64,000 nucleotides of DNA from Setoptus koraiensis (taxonomy: Eukaryota > Animalia > Arthropoda), in contig CM106586.1 of NCBI GenBank assembly GCA_048013815.1, forward strand, positions 15,252,001 through 15,316,000, written 5' to 3'. Of the stretch, positions 12,201-27,421 are shown piece after piece; the stretch's first letter is position 1; the number at the start of each line of letters is the position of its first letter. The notes under the pieces are model-generated. The model did not search any database and was not told where the DNA came from. It saw only the letters and a program-made list of their open reading frames with translations. Made by a program: the position numbers and the translations under genes.

Positions 12201-14496
12201 GAGACGTGATGAGACGAAGCGAGATGACGCAAACAGCGCGATAGCGAGCGCCAAGCAGCGAGTTCGAGGGCCGAACAGCGACAGAGCGAAAGATGGCAAG
12301 GCGAAGAAGAGAAAAGAAGAGCGCAAGAAAAGAGGGAAAACGATGCGAAAAAAGAAAGAATCCAAAGTCCAATCGGGTGGCCGTCAGCTGCATGAACTTG
12401 GCCGAGGCCGCGGATCGTTGGGGCCGTTATTGCCGCCGCCGCCGTTGTTGTTGTTGTCCGGAAAGGCCTCATCAGCGACTGATGAAATGGTAGCTCGCGT
12501 TTCATACATATATATATATATATATATATGTATGTGTATGTGTGTATATATATATCATGAGCATGCAGCTAAAAACCAGATGAAAAAACACTGCATCCCA
12601 GAACGCATGGGCCTCGCGCGTCCAAAGTCATTGAATCAAGTTTAATTTTGGCTAGCCCGTTTGGACGTGCTTGGCAACATTAGCCGGACTGGGCTCATAG
12701 CGCGTAGTAATGGGCAATTGTTTGGTCGGCGTAACTCGCTTGGCCGAATGCAAATTACTCATTTCCTGTTCAACAATTCGCAAGCTCGCTTGCCAAAAAC
12801 AATAGGTTGCGCCAGAGATTGCTGGCTGGCTGGCTGGATGGTTTGTTGGCTCGAGGATAAAAATGATGATTTGCATGCCTCATCAATGAGGCAACTCCCA
12901 TCTGTTAATAATAAGTGAACTAAATTGTGCACGCCCCCGTCGGAACCGTTACAAACATTGTCTTCGAGGCACACACACACACACACACGTATGTACACAC
13001 TGGGGACACATGAGGGCGACACGAGAAATAAGAGAAGCTTTTCCAAGAATTGATTGACTCTCGAGCCGCTGTTAAATCGTTTTCGTCTTGGCTAAGCAAA
13101 TGACAAGAGCAACTGGCAGCCGCTTTCGGTAACTAGCTGCCACTGGCTACCACCAAATGTATGCCTGGCTGACTGGCTAGCTGGCCAGCTAACCGGTTGT
13201 ATTGTATATAACCGGTGGTGGTGTGCAATTTAACTATATGTTGCCACCAACAAGTATCGCAATAAAACGGCGACAGTGTGTGTGTGTGTGGGGCCCGAGC
13301 CGAAATTTGCGCAACCAGATAAGCAACCAGAATGAGGCCGAAACACTTGAGAGTGCATGTGAGCCGTAGCATGACCCTCTCTTGTCGTCTAGACAGGGAT
13401 TTTGTAGTGTGTTTGATGATAAAGAAACGGTAGATTTAGTGGTAGTTGTAAAGTTTGAGCCACTTGCATGTTGTTGGCATTGCTGCTGCAACCAGATTAT
13501 ACGATTTGATGTAATATACGCCAATGGGTGCGTGTCAGACAGATTCTTCCACTTGTGTGCGTCCGAAGCTGCTTGCCTGATCTGTGTTTGACAGACATCA
13601 AACAAACAAAGTGGATAAGAGCCCGCCGGCCAGACAATGACTGGTCACGAACCTCGAACCCCACTAATACCCCAATGATGTATGCAACTGCAAGCTAATT
13701 TGAAAGAAAGGCCCAACAACAAAAACAATGGGTTCTGGTCAATTTGACAAATCTTAATCAGTTCCCTATTCGCAATGGCCTCTTAAAGAGAAACTCGTTA
13801 TCGTGGCCGACTTTCAGTTTAGTTTAGTGGGCTCCGTCAGGGCTGAACGCAAAACGCCACCAACCAAACTAATGAGGCCGAATCTGTTTGCGACGCTTAC
13901 GTAACGGCATGCCCCCCTTCTAAGGGCAGCTCTTTAATAGGGCTGCTGCTGCCGTTGCTGCTGCATTACCGGCAATTATTGTCACCGAAACAACGGCACG
14001 AGGTGCCTAGATTATCGGGGGCACATCTTGGGGCATCTCCATAGACACTGCTATGGGCCGCTTACTTGAGTAGCTCGAGATGGCGCTCGGAGTTGGTCCA
14101 TTTAGAGGCGAGTGTGTGCCGGTGGCACTTGTGTCCACATCATTAGACCAAAACGTGACAACTCTATACTTAATGAGTGCTATTATCGTTATTACTATCG
14201 AGCGCCGGCCATGAAACTGGGCCAGAGATAACAGAAACAAATCAAACATAGTGAATTCATACTCTACACAAACCTGGCCGGCAGTGCACTAATTTTGCTA
14301 AAGGTATCGCTATTCGGTTATTCGGTGGAAATGAGCGAGCAAAGTTCGAATCAAAGCACCGAACTCTATCAAGCTCGATAAAGTGTGGCTCGAAAAAGAA
14401 AATTATCATAAGTGACTGGTCGACTATCGCACTGCGAAACCGCTTTAGGCACCTGCATGAAAAATATAAGTCTCGCTCTCCCAAAAATTGAACACT

Positions 14497-14587
14497 CCGA
14501 AATTCGCTTTGCCGAAATTCGCTCTGCCGAAATTCGCTCTGCCGAAATTCGCTCTGCCGAAATTTGCTCTGCCGAAATTTGCTCTGC
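14497..14587. repeat. 15-bp tandem repeat (ccgaaattcgctctg) x6
   Basis: Six near-perfect units; they generate the QSEFR/AEIRS repeat ORFs in the ORF track. Confidence 0.92.
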
Positions 14588-16842
14588 GAGACATGCACGA
14601 AGAAGCCATTTCGGAGGGCCGGCATGACGAGACATGATCCACAGCAGAGCCAGTTTTTTTTTCCTTAATCTCGTAAAACTCTATCAGCGATTTCTCGGCG
14701 AGAGCGGGCTCATTCTTTTCTACCGGGCGAGGCGCACGTTTGTACGACATCAAGATAAGGGCAACTTTTATGCACTTTCCATACACGAGAATGGGGGCGA
14801 AATTTGTGCCAGCTAAAGAGAGCGTAAGGAAGTCGATGAAAGACGGCAATTCATTTTTCATTTTATGGCGGCGCCCACAATAGGAATTCTTCGATGGTTC
14901 GAGAAAGAAGAAGAAAACCTCTCTTGATGATTCTGATTAACAGACTGTAACCAGTGTGCGGTGGCAGATTTTTTGTGCGTGATGAGACGGGCCAATCGTA
15001 GTCAGCGAGATTTTTCCGAATAGTTGTGTCTGGGCCAATTCAACGCGCCGCAATTTGTTAATCGGATATGCATCGCTGACTAATATAAATACAGACAAGG
15101 GCATGTTTGCGCGATAACTCACTCACCCACTCAAATAGATTCGACATATCGGGACGATTTGCTGAGCTCTTCAAACAGCTCGGGCTGTGGTAAGTTCCAT
15201 TCTGCCAAGATTTCGGACCGTCCTTCTCTGAAAAAAAAAATAATAAAGCGGGCCCGGCCGGTTGCTGCAGGTGCGAGTGGCGCATTACGAAAGCAAAGAG
15301 TTAGCATTTTTAGACGCGAGCATTGTTAGATTCTCTTGTTTGCACGCTGGTGCTAATTCTTTTGCTCAACATTTTCTAAAAAATAGCTCACAGCCGCAGA
15401 ATAGTTCAGTGGGAAATTCCATTTCTCGTTGGTGACTCAGACATGCGTTTTCGAGAGTTGCTTAAAATGGGAACAGAAAAAGAATTGTCGTTGTTATTTC
15501 AGAAGTAACCATGAGATAGTGCGAGATTTCCATCCCAATAGCATCGTTACTAGCGCACTCACTTGTCAGGCGCACACAGGGCTGAGTATAAATTAGCCCA
15601 AGGTAAAAAAACTATGAATATAAAGTGTTTCTATCCGAGCGCGGAGTTGACACTAGTTTCAGATTGAATATTCATGTATTAACAAATATGAATGGGCACA
15701 ATTTACCACTTGCATTCATTATGCGACCACTAACGAAAATGTGCCAGTGAAATTGCGTCATCAATTTTCTATCATTTCACTGAAGAACTAACATTCAGCG
15801 AGTATAACGGGCACACCGAGACAAATAAATGTCGGCAAAAGTACCAGTGGCATATTAGTTAGCGATAAGTGCTCAAGAGAAAAAGAATAGATTCATGCTG
15901 TCTATTTCGATGCATATGCTTTCGTCTGACAAATATATGCATTGTGTCGCGCTGGTCGTGGCTACTTGATCATGAGTATGTCCCACAATGGTCAAGATAC
16001 CATAGATCCCACGACACCGGTTGTATTGTGCGATCTAGATGTCATTAGCTGTGGCATGCAAGTGCTGGTATTCAAGTTTGTGTGTTGTCTCCGGTATTTT
16101 CGAGCTAGCTGCTCGTCTAGATACAACAATACAGCGATACCATGATACAACGATACAATTATGCAATTGTGCGTGAGTGGTCGAGCAGAATATTGTATTG
16201 TATTGTCTCGGAAAGAATGTTGATAGACTTATTCGCTACTTTGTCTTGGTCTTTGTCTTTATGAAAGATGGACACGCGAAACTTAATATGTGGGGCCAGT
16301 GTTATCGTCACAGGGCTCCTATTTCTATCTATCTATCAGCTTAGTCCGGCAGCTTAGCTTCTTTCGGGCTTGCCGCCAGCCATACAATTGCTTATTATTG
16401 CCTTTTGCCTTTCGCTATTTTCCACCAGCCAAGCCAATCTGCCAGTTGCGTCATTTTTGTTTTTGGTTTGCGTTTCCATTGGCCTACATTGTCGATCAGG
16501 TGATTGTTGGCATTGTTGGTGGTGCTAATAAATTGCTTGCTATACTCTATTTCCGTCACGTTTCTCGAATCCCCCATTGGGCGCACTCACGAGCCACATT
16601 ACCATTATTGGAATCATCAGAATTATCAGAACCATCAGCACTATCAATAGTATGGTTCGTGTTATTATTGTTGGTAGTTTCATTGGTTTGTCATACGCGT
16701 ATTGGCCACCATATTCATATGCCGGCAAGCCAGAAAATTTTGTATCTCCGTGGTGTGGGTGTCATTTTGCAGCGAAAGCCTCGCGCGCAATTATAGTAGT
16801 TATCGCCAACTAATGAAAAATCCGTTTTGCTATCGATTTCGC

Positions 16843-16875
<33 letters not shown>

Positions 16876-19800
16876 TGCTTTGTCTGCTCCGAAATTCAAT
16901 CTTTTCGGCGTCCGCGGGGCCCGTTCGCCATCTATCTACTGTCGCTACTGGGCGGCTTACTGGCATCAGTTGGCCTCATTTGCTGCAGTGGCTGGAACAT
17001 GATGAAACAACTACTGGTCGATTACATTGCTAGATTGTGCATGGCAGAAATTTCGTAAAAATAGATCCATGGAGACTAATAGAGATAGAGGCGGGTGATT
17101 TGGATTATTAATATCCTTGTCACATATAGATCCGCCATACAGTGTACACAGTTGCAGTGTCCGTGCATTATAAGAGGCTTAGAGATGAACTGGTCGTTAT
17201 TACTCATAATATAGTTAGTTGAACATGACAGCTAGTTTTACTTAATTTTGCCCGCGCCCACTTGTTCTACTTGATCTGGCTTATTGATAGAGGCAACTAT
17301 ACGAGCCACCAGGCAACAACAATCGAACAGACAGCTAATTAACACACCAAACTCAACTGGGCCCATCACACGCGCAAAATATATCCATCAAAATATCTAT
17401 GTATACCGTACATAATGTGCGCATGGAAATGAGCAGCCATGAGATCGATGGGATGGAATATTTTCCCAAGAAATTTCCCATGTCGAACATGGAGATTGTT
17501 GCTCCGCTAGCGCACTATCGACAACGACATGGAAATAATTTCCATATACAAAGGTTATGGCTAGTAGTATGGTTGGCGCATATAGCCCGAAAATGTCAGT
17601 GCGACACAGCCCGAAATCGAGTCTTTTATATGGATTTGCGAACGGTGTATACTGTTGATTTCGGGCTAGCTGCTCAAGCAGTTCGCGATGCAGTTGACAA
17701 TTCATGCACGCAAATCATTAGCAAACTGCCAAAGTAAAGAGCTTTCTAAGTATTGCTTTTTCATCCGTGCATTCATATTTTCCAACAATGTTTCAGAATG
17801 GACAACAGAGAGAAGCCATTCACCCTAAACATTGTATTTGTGCCGCTTATCGGGGCCATTGTTTGTCACACAAACACACACACACACACACAAGTTCAAA
17901 TCATCAGCTCGAACCGTTCGAGTCGAACGGCCCATTTTCGATTGCCCACAAGATCGCAGCGCGTATTAGCCTGTGATCGTGCATTGACTAGCGAGTAGAG
18001 AAAAGTTCACTTTCGAAGCGCATGAACGCGAAATAGAAAACGGACGCAAAAAGGTGTGAAGTAGAGCCAAACTACAAACGGGTTGAACGGGACCCCGCCA
18101 CAGGGCGTTAGCGATATATAGAGCCGGCGAGGGTCGATAAGCCTTCGGGGCAAAGGAGTGTCTTGAGAGAGACAAAGTGATCCGAAGTAACGCCAATCGA
18201 TCGTCTTGTCAGCATCAATGTCCGCAATATATATTCCAATAGATGGAAAGCAAAGCCCACTCCACCGTTAGATTGACTACTTTTTCATGTTGGAACGGTT
18301 TGATACTGGCTGCGCTTGTTGTAGGCACCGCAAACGAATTGCGAAGCTATTTGTGCCATCATTATGTCTCCCACTCAAGATAAACCTCGAATACTTGTTG
18401 CAAAAAAGAGACCCCAAGCATCATTTATTTTTCACTAGTCAACCCTTGAGAGTTCGAGGAATTCGCCGAAGAGTGAATGAACATTACATTATGCACTCAA
18501 TAGTACAAAACACAATGATAACTTCAGTTCGTGCAGCACCCTTTATCACAGTTGAATGGTTCCTCCTGATTCAGGATATTGGCGCTGCCTAGCCGAGCTG
18601 TATAAACTGCACTGGCATGTTGTTGTGGCCAACAGAATGAAAATTAATAACTCGTGTTTTTCCTACACGGTAGTGAGTCAACTCGAGGAAGTATTCGAGC
18701 ATGTGCTCTTTGTTGAACAGAATTTGCGTTCTGTTAAGCCGAAATGTCGCAGATGGATTTCCCATCAAAGAATTTTTATCGTAGCAAACGTTTCTGGCTT
18801 CAACGTGGCTTTGCAGCCATTGCAGAGTGCAGGCGAAATGGGGGAATATTATTTTTCTGGTTGTTCGCTTGGAGCAGTGACCCTTCGCAAGCATTCCGAG
18901 GTAATCAGTCTAGTGAGCGATTCAATTCACTTCCTTAGCGCCAATCGCGTCTTGCCCGCGAAAATTTTTCTCGGCAAACCTGTCGAACTAACAGATGTTT
19001 GATCAGCCCGTAGAGACAAAACTAGAAAAAACCCTTCTAAAACTCAGAAACTCAAATCCTAGAAAATCTCAGAAACTTAAAAACCCACGGGACCCCACAA
19101 ACCTCAGAAAACCCTGCTCTCTCGTCATTTCGGTGTCATTCAGAGTCATTTCGATTGGTCGATTTATGTTGACATTTGATGATGACTCGCTTGCTGGTCT
19201 TCACACCGGAAAAAATGGTTTATCGAAGGAAAAAGTCGCGTGTAAATACGATGTTTCAGCGACCGATTCACGAACTTTTGATATTTGAGTGTGTATTCAG
19301 TTGAGCTTATCTCTTGGATGATAATGCTACATAATTTATAAGGAATCATGACAATTTATTTATATATGTGATATGTGCGTGAAGGTGGGTCATCCAACCG
19401 ACTTAGCCCATTGTGAGTTCGTTCATTACACAGACACCAATAGAGAACGATCCACTGGTGATCCTTTTGCACGTCAAATATTAACCATCGGTCATGTTGA
19501 AAAAGAGGAGCCATTCTGACAGGTATAGAAACATTGTCGTTGTTAGCGTGTCAGTGTTGCTGGCTCGTTGCTTGCAGCTAAACTAGGTGTGCCCAGCTAG
19601 AAATATTGCAGTTTAGGTTCTCATTGCTATGCTTACATAACAACTGGCTAAACTGCATAGAGCCATCATCTGATGGCATCATTCTAATTTTCGTTGCACT
19701 TGAATTTACATTCTGTTGGCCCCATTGGTCCTGCTGGCAAGAAGATCGATGGAGCATATGCTGCCTCAGACTTATATATACAGTGCGGTAATATAAATCA

Positions 19801-22800
19801 GTCGTATTTGTATGATTGTTTGTATTAATGCAGGTAAACAGTCTCAATAGAATAGTTAATCTAGCGCATTTATAAAGCTGAATCGTTGCACTGACCTAGT
19901 GGTACTTAAGTTCTATCGAGATAGATAATATATGTTTTTTTCTGTGTCAACAACTCATTGCGATCATCATTGAATCGCAAATACGAATCACACAATAATA
20001 AATCTTGTCTGGTCTTGTAAAGGCAACTAAGTAGTAAGCAAATAGAGCCATCTATAAGGGTGAATTTCTAATTCTTTATTTCGAATAAAATCTCATCGAT
20101 CTCATTCGATTTCATTTGATCTGTCAAATTGATATGGATTAATTCTTGAAATTGTGGTTGACTAAACAGAGAATAGTCATTTACCGCACAGATGCCGCCT
20201 ATAAGCGACACTTGGTGACAGTCTCTCTCGAGTGACCCCTTCTTGCCTTTTCTGTCACAAATGGAAAACCTCCTGCGGTGCAGTATTGAATCCACCAAGG
20301 TATTAATCCCCATTCATTAAATTATTTTCTTTCACTTATTCTTCGTCAATGTGTAGCTTCCACACTGAAGTACTTTCAATAGGCGTGCCTACTATGAGAT
20401 GTATAGTGCTGTGATGTAACCATGTAACCAAGTTAAATCTACTGACCGTGCAAGTTGTCTAGCCTCCATCATTCTAATTGAATTTATCTACGATTTCTAT
20501 ATTGGTATTGCCAGATAAACAGAATAGCGAACCAAGCGAATGGTTAGATTGCAATGAATAACCAACTGCAACTACGATATAATAAAAGGGGAGAAAATGG
20601 AGAGGGAGAGAGATAGAGAAAGAGAAAGAGAAAGCGAATCAATCATCTGATAATCATAGTTAGAACGCGAGCATTGGTATAATTAGATTGCGAAAAGATA
20701 TATAATCGGCGGTCGAAACTGGTCGAAACCGATTTTTATGAGTTCCAAACGACTGATTTTTCGGTTTTTCATAGCCGAAATTTGTGATCGGAGAAGAAGG
20801 AAGCGGGAGGACGATCTTCGGGGTCTGAGAGGGCCCCTGTAGAGGAAAACTTTCCAAACTCTCAAAAATCCAGGAATAGAGGTTCTCATTAGACATCTCA
20901 TTGAAGCATGTTGTGGAAGAATTAATAGAAAAATATTTCATCTTTCGGTTTTTCCGACAGATTCGGTGTTTCCGGTAGATCAAAACGAGGCTTACAAGAC
21001 GTATCTAGGTAGGTCTAACCGAAATACGAAGGTTCATAGTCTTGCCAGCACCAGAAAAATTTCGGCGACTCGTGCTCACTAATTGTGTTACAAAACTATG
21101 CACATATGAATCGAAAATATTTGTGCATGAAGGAAAATCATCACGGCGCATTCGGATAAATATCTGGCACATATAACTAGATTACGGACCAATATAATGG
21201 TAACAGTAGTGGAGATATATGCGAATCTGTGGTACTTTATGACACATTTGTTATGTTTGCGGTAAGTGATGCCGAAACATGTTGTCTATATTGTGTATCG
21301 AGTTATCGCCATAAGAACAGAAAGAAAGAAAAACTGTATGCCATCATGGTCATCCACATGCGCTCGACAGGGTGGAAGTAGCATAGAATGGTCTAGTAAT
21401 TTGAGATTGTCACCGAACTACTTTATTACTTGATATTGTTTGTTTGTTTGTCGGTCTTGCCACCAAGACAGTTATCGCTGACAACAATAATAAGAAGAGA
21501 TGAGAAGTAGGTAGGGATATAAGCTAATAAAGAAATGCGCTATTGTGTTTGTCTTGATCGAGTGGCTGTGTTGTCCAACATAATGAGACCATAATAATCC
21601 ATATCGTATCCATCCAGTATGCCCACCGATAATAATATTACCGATCAATTCTATATGATACAACAATAACTATTCGTCGTGCCCCATGATTTTAATGGCA
21701 GCAAAAGAAAGAAAGGAATAGAAACATGTGTTGCAAAGAATCGATAACGCTCTAACTGCTTCTTATAAACCAAACAACAACCAACAACTACTAACCATTC
21801 AATACCATCATGCCACACTCTCATCAAATGGCTTTCACCAGCAAATTTTATGATCGTTTCAACTGGCCATTTTTCTGGCCTTATCTCTTCACTCACTCAG
21901 CTAAATTTAATCCTGCCATCATGTCTTGAAGACTTAATTTTATTTGCCAAAGAAAGGCCAGTTAAGCTGTGCCACAGCAACAATATTAGATTGCATGCGT
22001 TGTCAAATGAGTTGATGCGACAAACACAACGAATCAAACTAATGCGATAAAGTGCGCCTTGCAATCATTAAATTCAGAACCTACCCACAGAATGGAAACT
22101 CACAGTTAAGAGTTTCATAGGGTCTAACCATCACATTCAAGCTGTCATGTTACAATTTCCAATTTATGCTGTTGACACTCGTTTCAGGTCAAATTTTTAC
22201 CGGAATTGTTCTCACTCAGAAAATGAGGCCCTTCTAAAGTTCGATTTATATTAGTTCAGTTTTTCGGTGCGATTTCGTTGATTTTGCACATTTTCTCTTC
22301 CAAACCTAACGAGAACATCATTTCCAGTGCACTGATCGGAAGAAATGCCAACCAAGGCAGTTAAAATTTCGCACCAGAATGACAGAATATTTCGTCCACT
22401 ACAGCCTTCGATGGAGTAAAAACAGAGAAAGTGAGGATAGATCGCATTTTTTCTAGTTAGTCGAAGGGGAAAAATCAATGGCTAACTCCATAAGCATTTT
22501 TCTAGTTGTTGCAGAGACTATTGTTGGAATAAATTATTTTCGAATTCGCCCATGCAATTCTTCAAAAAACAAAATGCAATTGATTGATTTGTTAGTAATT
22601 CATTCAACACACAACTTATCGGTAATAGTGCGAAAAGTACACCCGAAAAAGGCGTTCATTGGCGGATTTTCTCGGTGCAGCAGTTGAGTGTCTTAATGAT
22701 AGGTAATATTAATATCTATCAGTAGGAAGTGCGGGTAGCTTAAGTGACACACTTGCGATAAAAACCACTTGAGCGTCATAATTTCGTATCTCCTAACTTC

Positions 22801-25800
22801 ACGTTACCGGCAAACTTCTCATTGGAATGCTTATGAATAGTATAATTGTCAAGTAATGTGAAGAAAAATGCAATAATAATGCACGACACACGGTTAAAGT
22901 TGTATGAAGTTTGAATGGCAAGATTATATCCGAGACGCAACTTTTCTGGGGCTGTTTTTATTGGATTCGCGACCCGATGAACTCAAAAGAAGCGCTAGCA
23001 ATCAGTGAGTGGGGTCGTGCAGTCTGGTACATCGGAATGGCCCCATTTTCTTAATTTTTCTTCGAGCTTACCAAATGGCCTTGCAAGTGCCCTCTGGCGA
23101 TAATTTTAATGAACTGACCGAAAAACAAGTGAAGTTCACTCTAAATCCCCATTCAATCAACCCTATGAACCTTGATGGATATCCGCGGATGAATGAGCAT
23201 AAAATAAGAAGAGCACGTTCTCAAATAATGTGCTGAGTTTTTTTTTCTCTTCTAAATATTTCAAAAGCACGACAGAGTAAGTGGACACTTGCCTGACTTT
23301 TGTGGCAACACCCCAGTTCGAATTGAACTTTGCTGGCATCTTTTCGTTTGATCTTACATGAAATATTGTTTGCATCTTCAATGTTTTCATGTGCCCTTGA
23401 CTACCTGTATCGAATATCTTTTTGGCCCACACACTGTCTCAAACTGGCAAACAACAACTCTGGCTCTCACAATCCAAACAAAAGATAAAAAGGTACCTCT
23501 GGGAAACCCGATGAGATGCAAAGGTCACATCCTCGAATAATGAGGGTTTTATTCAAAACGCGAAATGGCACTGCCTAGGCCACGGCTGCCTCCCAAGGGC
23601 GCTCGATAACAAGCGAGAGCACTATTTGTTGGAAGTTGCGATTTTGTAGCAAGTGTATTTTATGGATTTGCTTGAATGTAACACCCTTTATTATGATGGA
23701 TTATATAATGACGTTCTCTATGACGTAATCGTGTCGTTAGCTAGCTAGCTTTTACTGTGTCCTTTTTAGTCAACTGTTTTAGCCGAAACAGCTGACTGAC
23801 GGTGGCAATGTCCATAAATCATTATTATACACAATATGTAATGACACAATATACATACACAATGTACATACATCGCAACTAAATTGGCCAACTACGTTCT
23901 TGTTGCGTTTGTTTTGGCCAACAACCCCACTTTCACCTGTACTGCTGGCAAGCTCATGAACAATGCAAACAAATTTACACGTGCAGTTGTTTTTGGTGTG
24001 AGAATAATTATCGGCATGATGGATGCAACGTTGCGATCGTTTATCATCGGGTTCCAATGTTACATGACGACGATATGTTATTGTGTCGCCTCTATGATGA
24101 CACATGCGATGTGTATTTAGTTTGCGATCTTTATTAATGAGATTCTATTAGTTGACTTGTTTGCAAAGCAAAATAAGTCCCGATTGCCCGACAGCATTGC
24201 ACCGAAAACGCTCATTAGTGGGTTGTTTATGTTTGATGTGTTTGTTTTATTAATGCTCAACTATGTGGTCAACTGTTGTTGTGTCAACTATTGTTGGTCA
24301 ATACCTGTCTGTATCTGTTCAAACAAAACCACCACGTTGGGGTTAATAAGGTCTGACGGTTCGCAACCCCGCACCGTTATCTGTGGCGATAAGCCACAGC
24401 CAACTCTAGTTAGATTTACTGTGCGAGTAGTAGTGACAAAAACACGCAATAAATAAATGAGCTATGGCACTGACTGTTTATCCAACTGTATCATTATGTT
24501 GCTGTTAGTGTCAACATCATCAGCGAAATCGCCTCAAGACTATTTGATGCATTGAGGCCTCGCATTCAGGTGTCTGGCGCGGGCTTATTTTCGGTTTAAT
24601 TTAATTTAATTTATTTTTTTTTTGTTTCATGCACACCAGAATTATCAGAGATGATAAACTAATTCGAGGCCGGGCCAATCAAGGCAGCTGTCCTAACAGT
24701 GTGTTCTCAGTATCAATTTTAATCACTATGTGTCGGTGTGCGTGTGTGTAAATGTTTTTGGTAAACCATCAACGGCATCATGAGAGATGGCAATTAGGCG
24801 ATCTGAAGCAATAAATTTGGGCCCTCATCGCACCAAATGAAACCGCCAATGGTCATAATGAACCATATTGAGCCCAACACAACCCAAATCACACCGGCAA
24901 TCGCGAGATGCCGGCGCATCTCTCGACGGCATCTCCGGTAAATTGTTGTGTGGCACGCAATCAATTGCATCGTGATGAACAGCATCGGATCGGCTATAGG
25001 TCGTTGCGAGAACAAGTCCGTTGAGTCTAGTATGTATTGTTTATGTGAGCTCATAAACGAAAATTTTTTGTCCGAAAATTGAGAGCTGCACTAAATCTCA
25101 TCGAGACAGTCAGGCAAACCGTCTGGTTAGATAAGATGATTGTTTTTTTTTCAGCCGACAAGACAGTATCGATAGTATTTTCAGTGGTGGTGAGAGATTC
25201 CAGAAACAATGCTACATGTGTTAGTATTAATCATAATTGAGGCTTGAGCGTCTTGAGTTGTCGGACATTGATCTGTCTGTCTCTGTTGGACAGTTTCTCG
25301 AGTATAGCTCGCAAGCCAGCTTATACCGCTTGACTTGGCTGGAAATAAATGCGTTTCTTTCTTTTCTTTTCGTTGTAGCTTTTGTTCTCAAGTGCCTTAC
25401 AGCTGCATGATGACAACAACAGAACAAAACAAATGGTAGCGGCCACGACAACTACAGAGGTTGACAAGTTTTAGTTATCGTGTGGTATGTCCCTTATGAA
25501 ATGTAGCAACATAAAATTCCTGGCGATAGGCCCCGACAATTTCGCACTGGTTCGAAATTGTCTGCGGCTGCGGCCATCAATATACCGATGGCAGCCCTGA
25601 TGCAGTTGTTAAACTATCATGGCTCTACATTTAATCTGTCCGATACACTGGATGATGGTTGCATCATCCGGATTAGGGGCACCTGTTTCGAGCAAGCGGC
25701 CATTGGTGCCAACAGGCACAGCAACTTAGCATTTCTTAGAGGATAAGCGTTTGGCCGAAGAGTACCGTCGGCCCATCACAGTGAGCCGATTAAAAGATAG

Positions 25801-27365
25801 TGAGCTCGAGAGATAAGCTTGGAATTAAATACTACAGATACTATGTGTCAATTTATACAATTATTGTTGCGATTCGGATGCGTCTCCTTGAGTCTCACAG
25901 TGTGAGAGGTGAAAATTTTCAAATTGGGCGCCAACAAGCTACCCGGGGCCCCTCTGGCAAGGCCAATAAGCGAGCGTTGCCGAGACAGCCAAACTGGTTG
26001 ATTTGGCAGCGAAAGTGATGTATCATCTATCATTGTTCCAGTTTGTCTTGTTAGCGGCTGGTCGTTTATCTACTTAATGGTCGATGATGCCAGTGTTTGC
26101 CGTTTGCTCTGTATTGTGGGCCAAATCCACACATCGGACTGTATAAAACGGTATAATCGCCCATGATATCGCTGAGTCGAGTCGACAAATTTTTCGACAA
26201 GCAGCACGCAACGAGCAATTTGGCCCCGAGAAAAAGTCTCGAATTCGAAATTGTCGCGTTCGAAATTCGGGTTGCCAAAATAGAAAAGTTATAAATTTCA
26301 AGAAAGTTGTAAAAGGAAACTGTGGCTGTCTGCGCCAGCTGTTATCTGGCATGCTCACAAATAGGGGGAGATAATAGCAAAAACGGCATGCATTGTGGGC
26401 CTGCCATGCGCGGCTTTGTGCGGCCACCGGGCCGAGATAACGAACGAAGCGACGGGGTCCACGCTGGGGCCCCAAGTATAGGTCTGGCGAGAGTGCTTTG
26501 TGTGTGTGTGGCCCATCGAGGGCAGCCGGCTGTTTTTATTTTTATTTTATATGCGCTTGTCCAAGGTTACACACACACGCACGCACGCAGCCACCCACTA
26601 AAACACAACCCAAACAAGCTAAATATAATGTGTATAGCGACAAATAATCTCTTTATATTATTATATTATTTATACTACACGGCATATACGGCGTGTACGG
26701 CAGTGAGAGATGAGTGTGTTAGTTGGTGGAAAACAGTTGAATTTTGAGTTGGGCGCAAATTGCAATTTGCAACCATTTGATTATTTGAATAGTAAGCGAG
26801 TGTGACGCAAATCTATCAAGTGCCACATTCAGACTTTCGCGAACGGGGGGCGCCCAGCACGGGCACTGGCGACCGGCGAGTCGTATTGTAATTGGATTCA
26901 TTTGGAGCCTCACACTGTCGTTGCGCGCAACTTTTTGAACAGAGTCACAAGTGAAGTGTCTAACCCTGGCTTGAAGCGCCTGACGTTTCGTTGATGCGCC
27001 AAAATTGCCCTGTTCGCCGGCTCGAGATTGTTTATCTTCTTTTTCTGTGCCATTAGTTGTAATATATATTGAATTTGCCGCGTTGTGTTCATCGTCAAAT
27101 CATTATTTTTATTGCGCGCGCGCTGGCGACAAATTTCAGACTTGAGCGACATGGCGACATAGCGACATCGCGACTTGAGCTGGCGACGGGCCGACAGCTA
27201 GTCACACGATTGTGTTACATTGTCCCCGAGGGCACGCTGACAAGCTTCGCGAGCCAAAATAAATGAAACGGAGACCCGCGAATAAATTTGCAGATATTCA
27301 GCACATGACTAGTTTGCGGCGCCACAACGCAATTGCATACATGTCGTGCGAGAGAGAGAGCGCGC

Positions 27366-27421
27366 CGGATAATCGCGCGAGGCGGCGGATAATCGCGCGA
27401 GGCGGCGGATAATCGCGCGAG
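27366..27421. repeat. 20-bp tandem repeat (cggataatcgcgcgaggcgg) x~3
   Basis: Seen directly. Confidence 0.9.

Noticed and set aside
14257-14861. ORFs with QSEFR/AEIRS/RANFG repeats
   Set aside because: They are artefacts of the 15-bp tandem array.
19000-21000. Possible decayed transposon sequence (degenerate aaactcagaaa motifs near 19020-19110 and unusual composition near 20700-20960)
   Set aside because: I could not identify TIRs, TSDs or transposase/RT motifs, so it cannot be supported without a repeat library.
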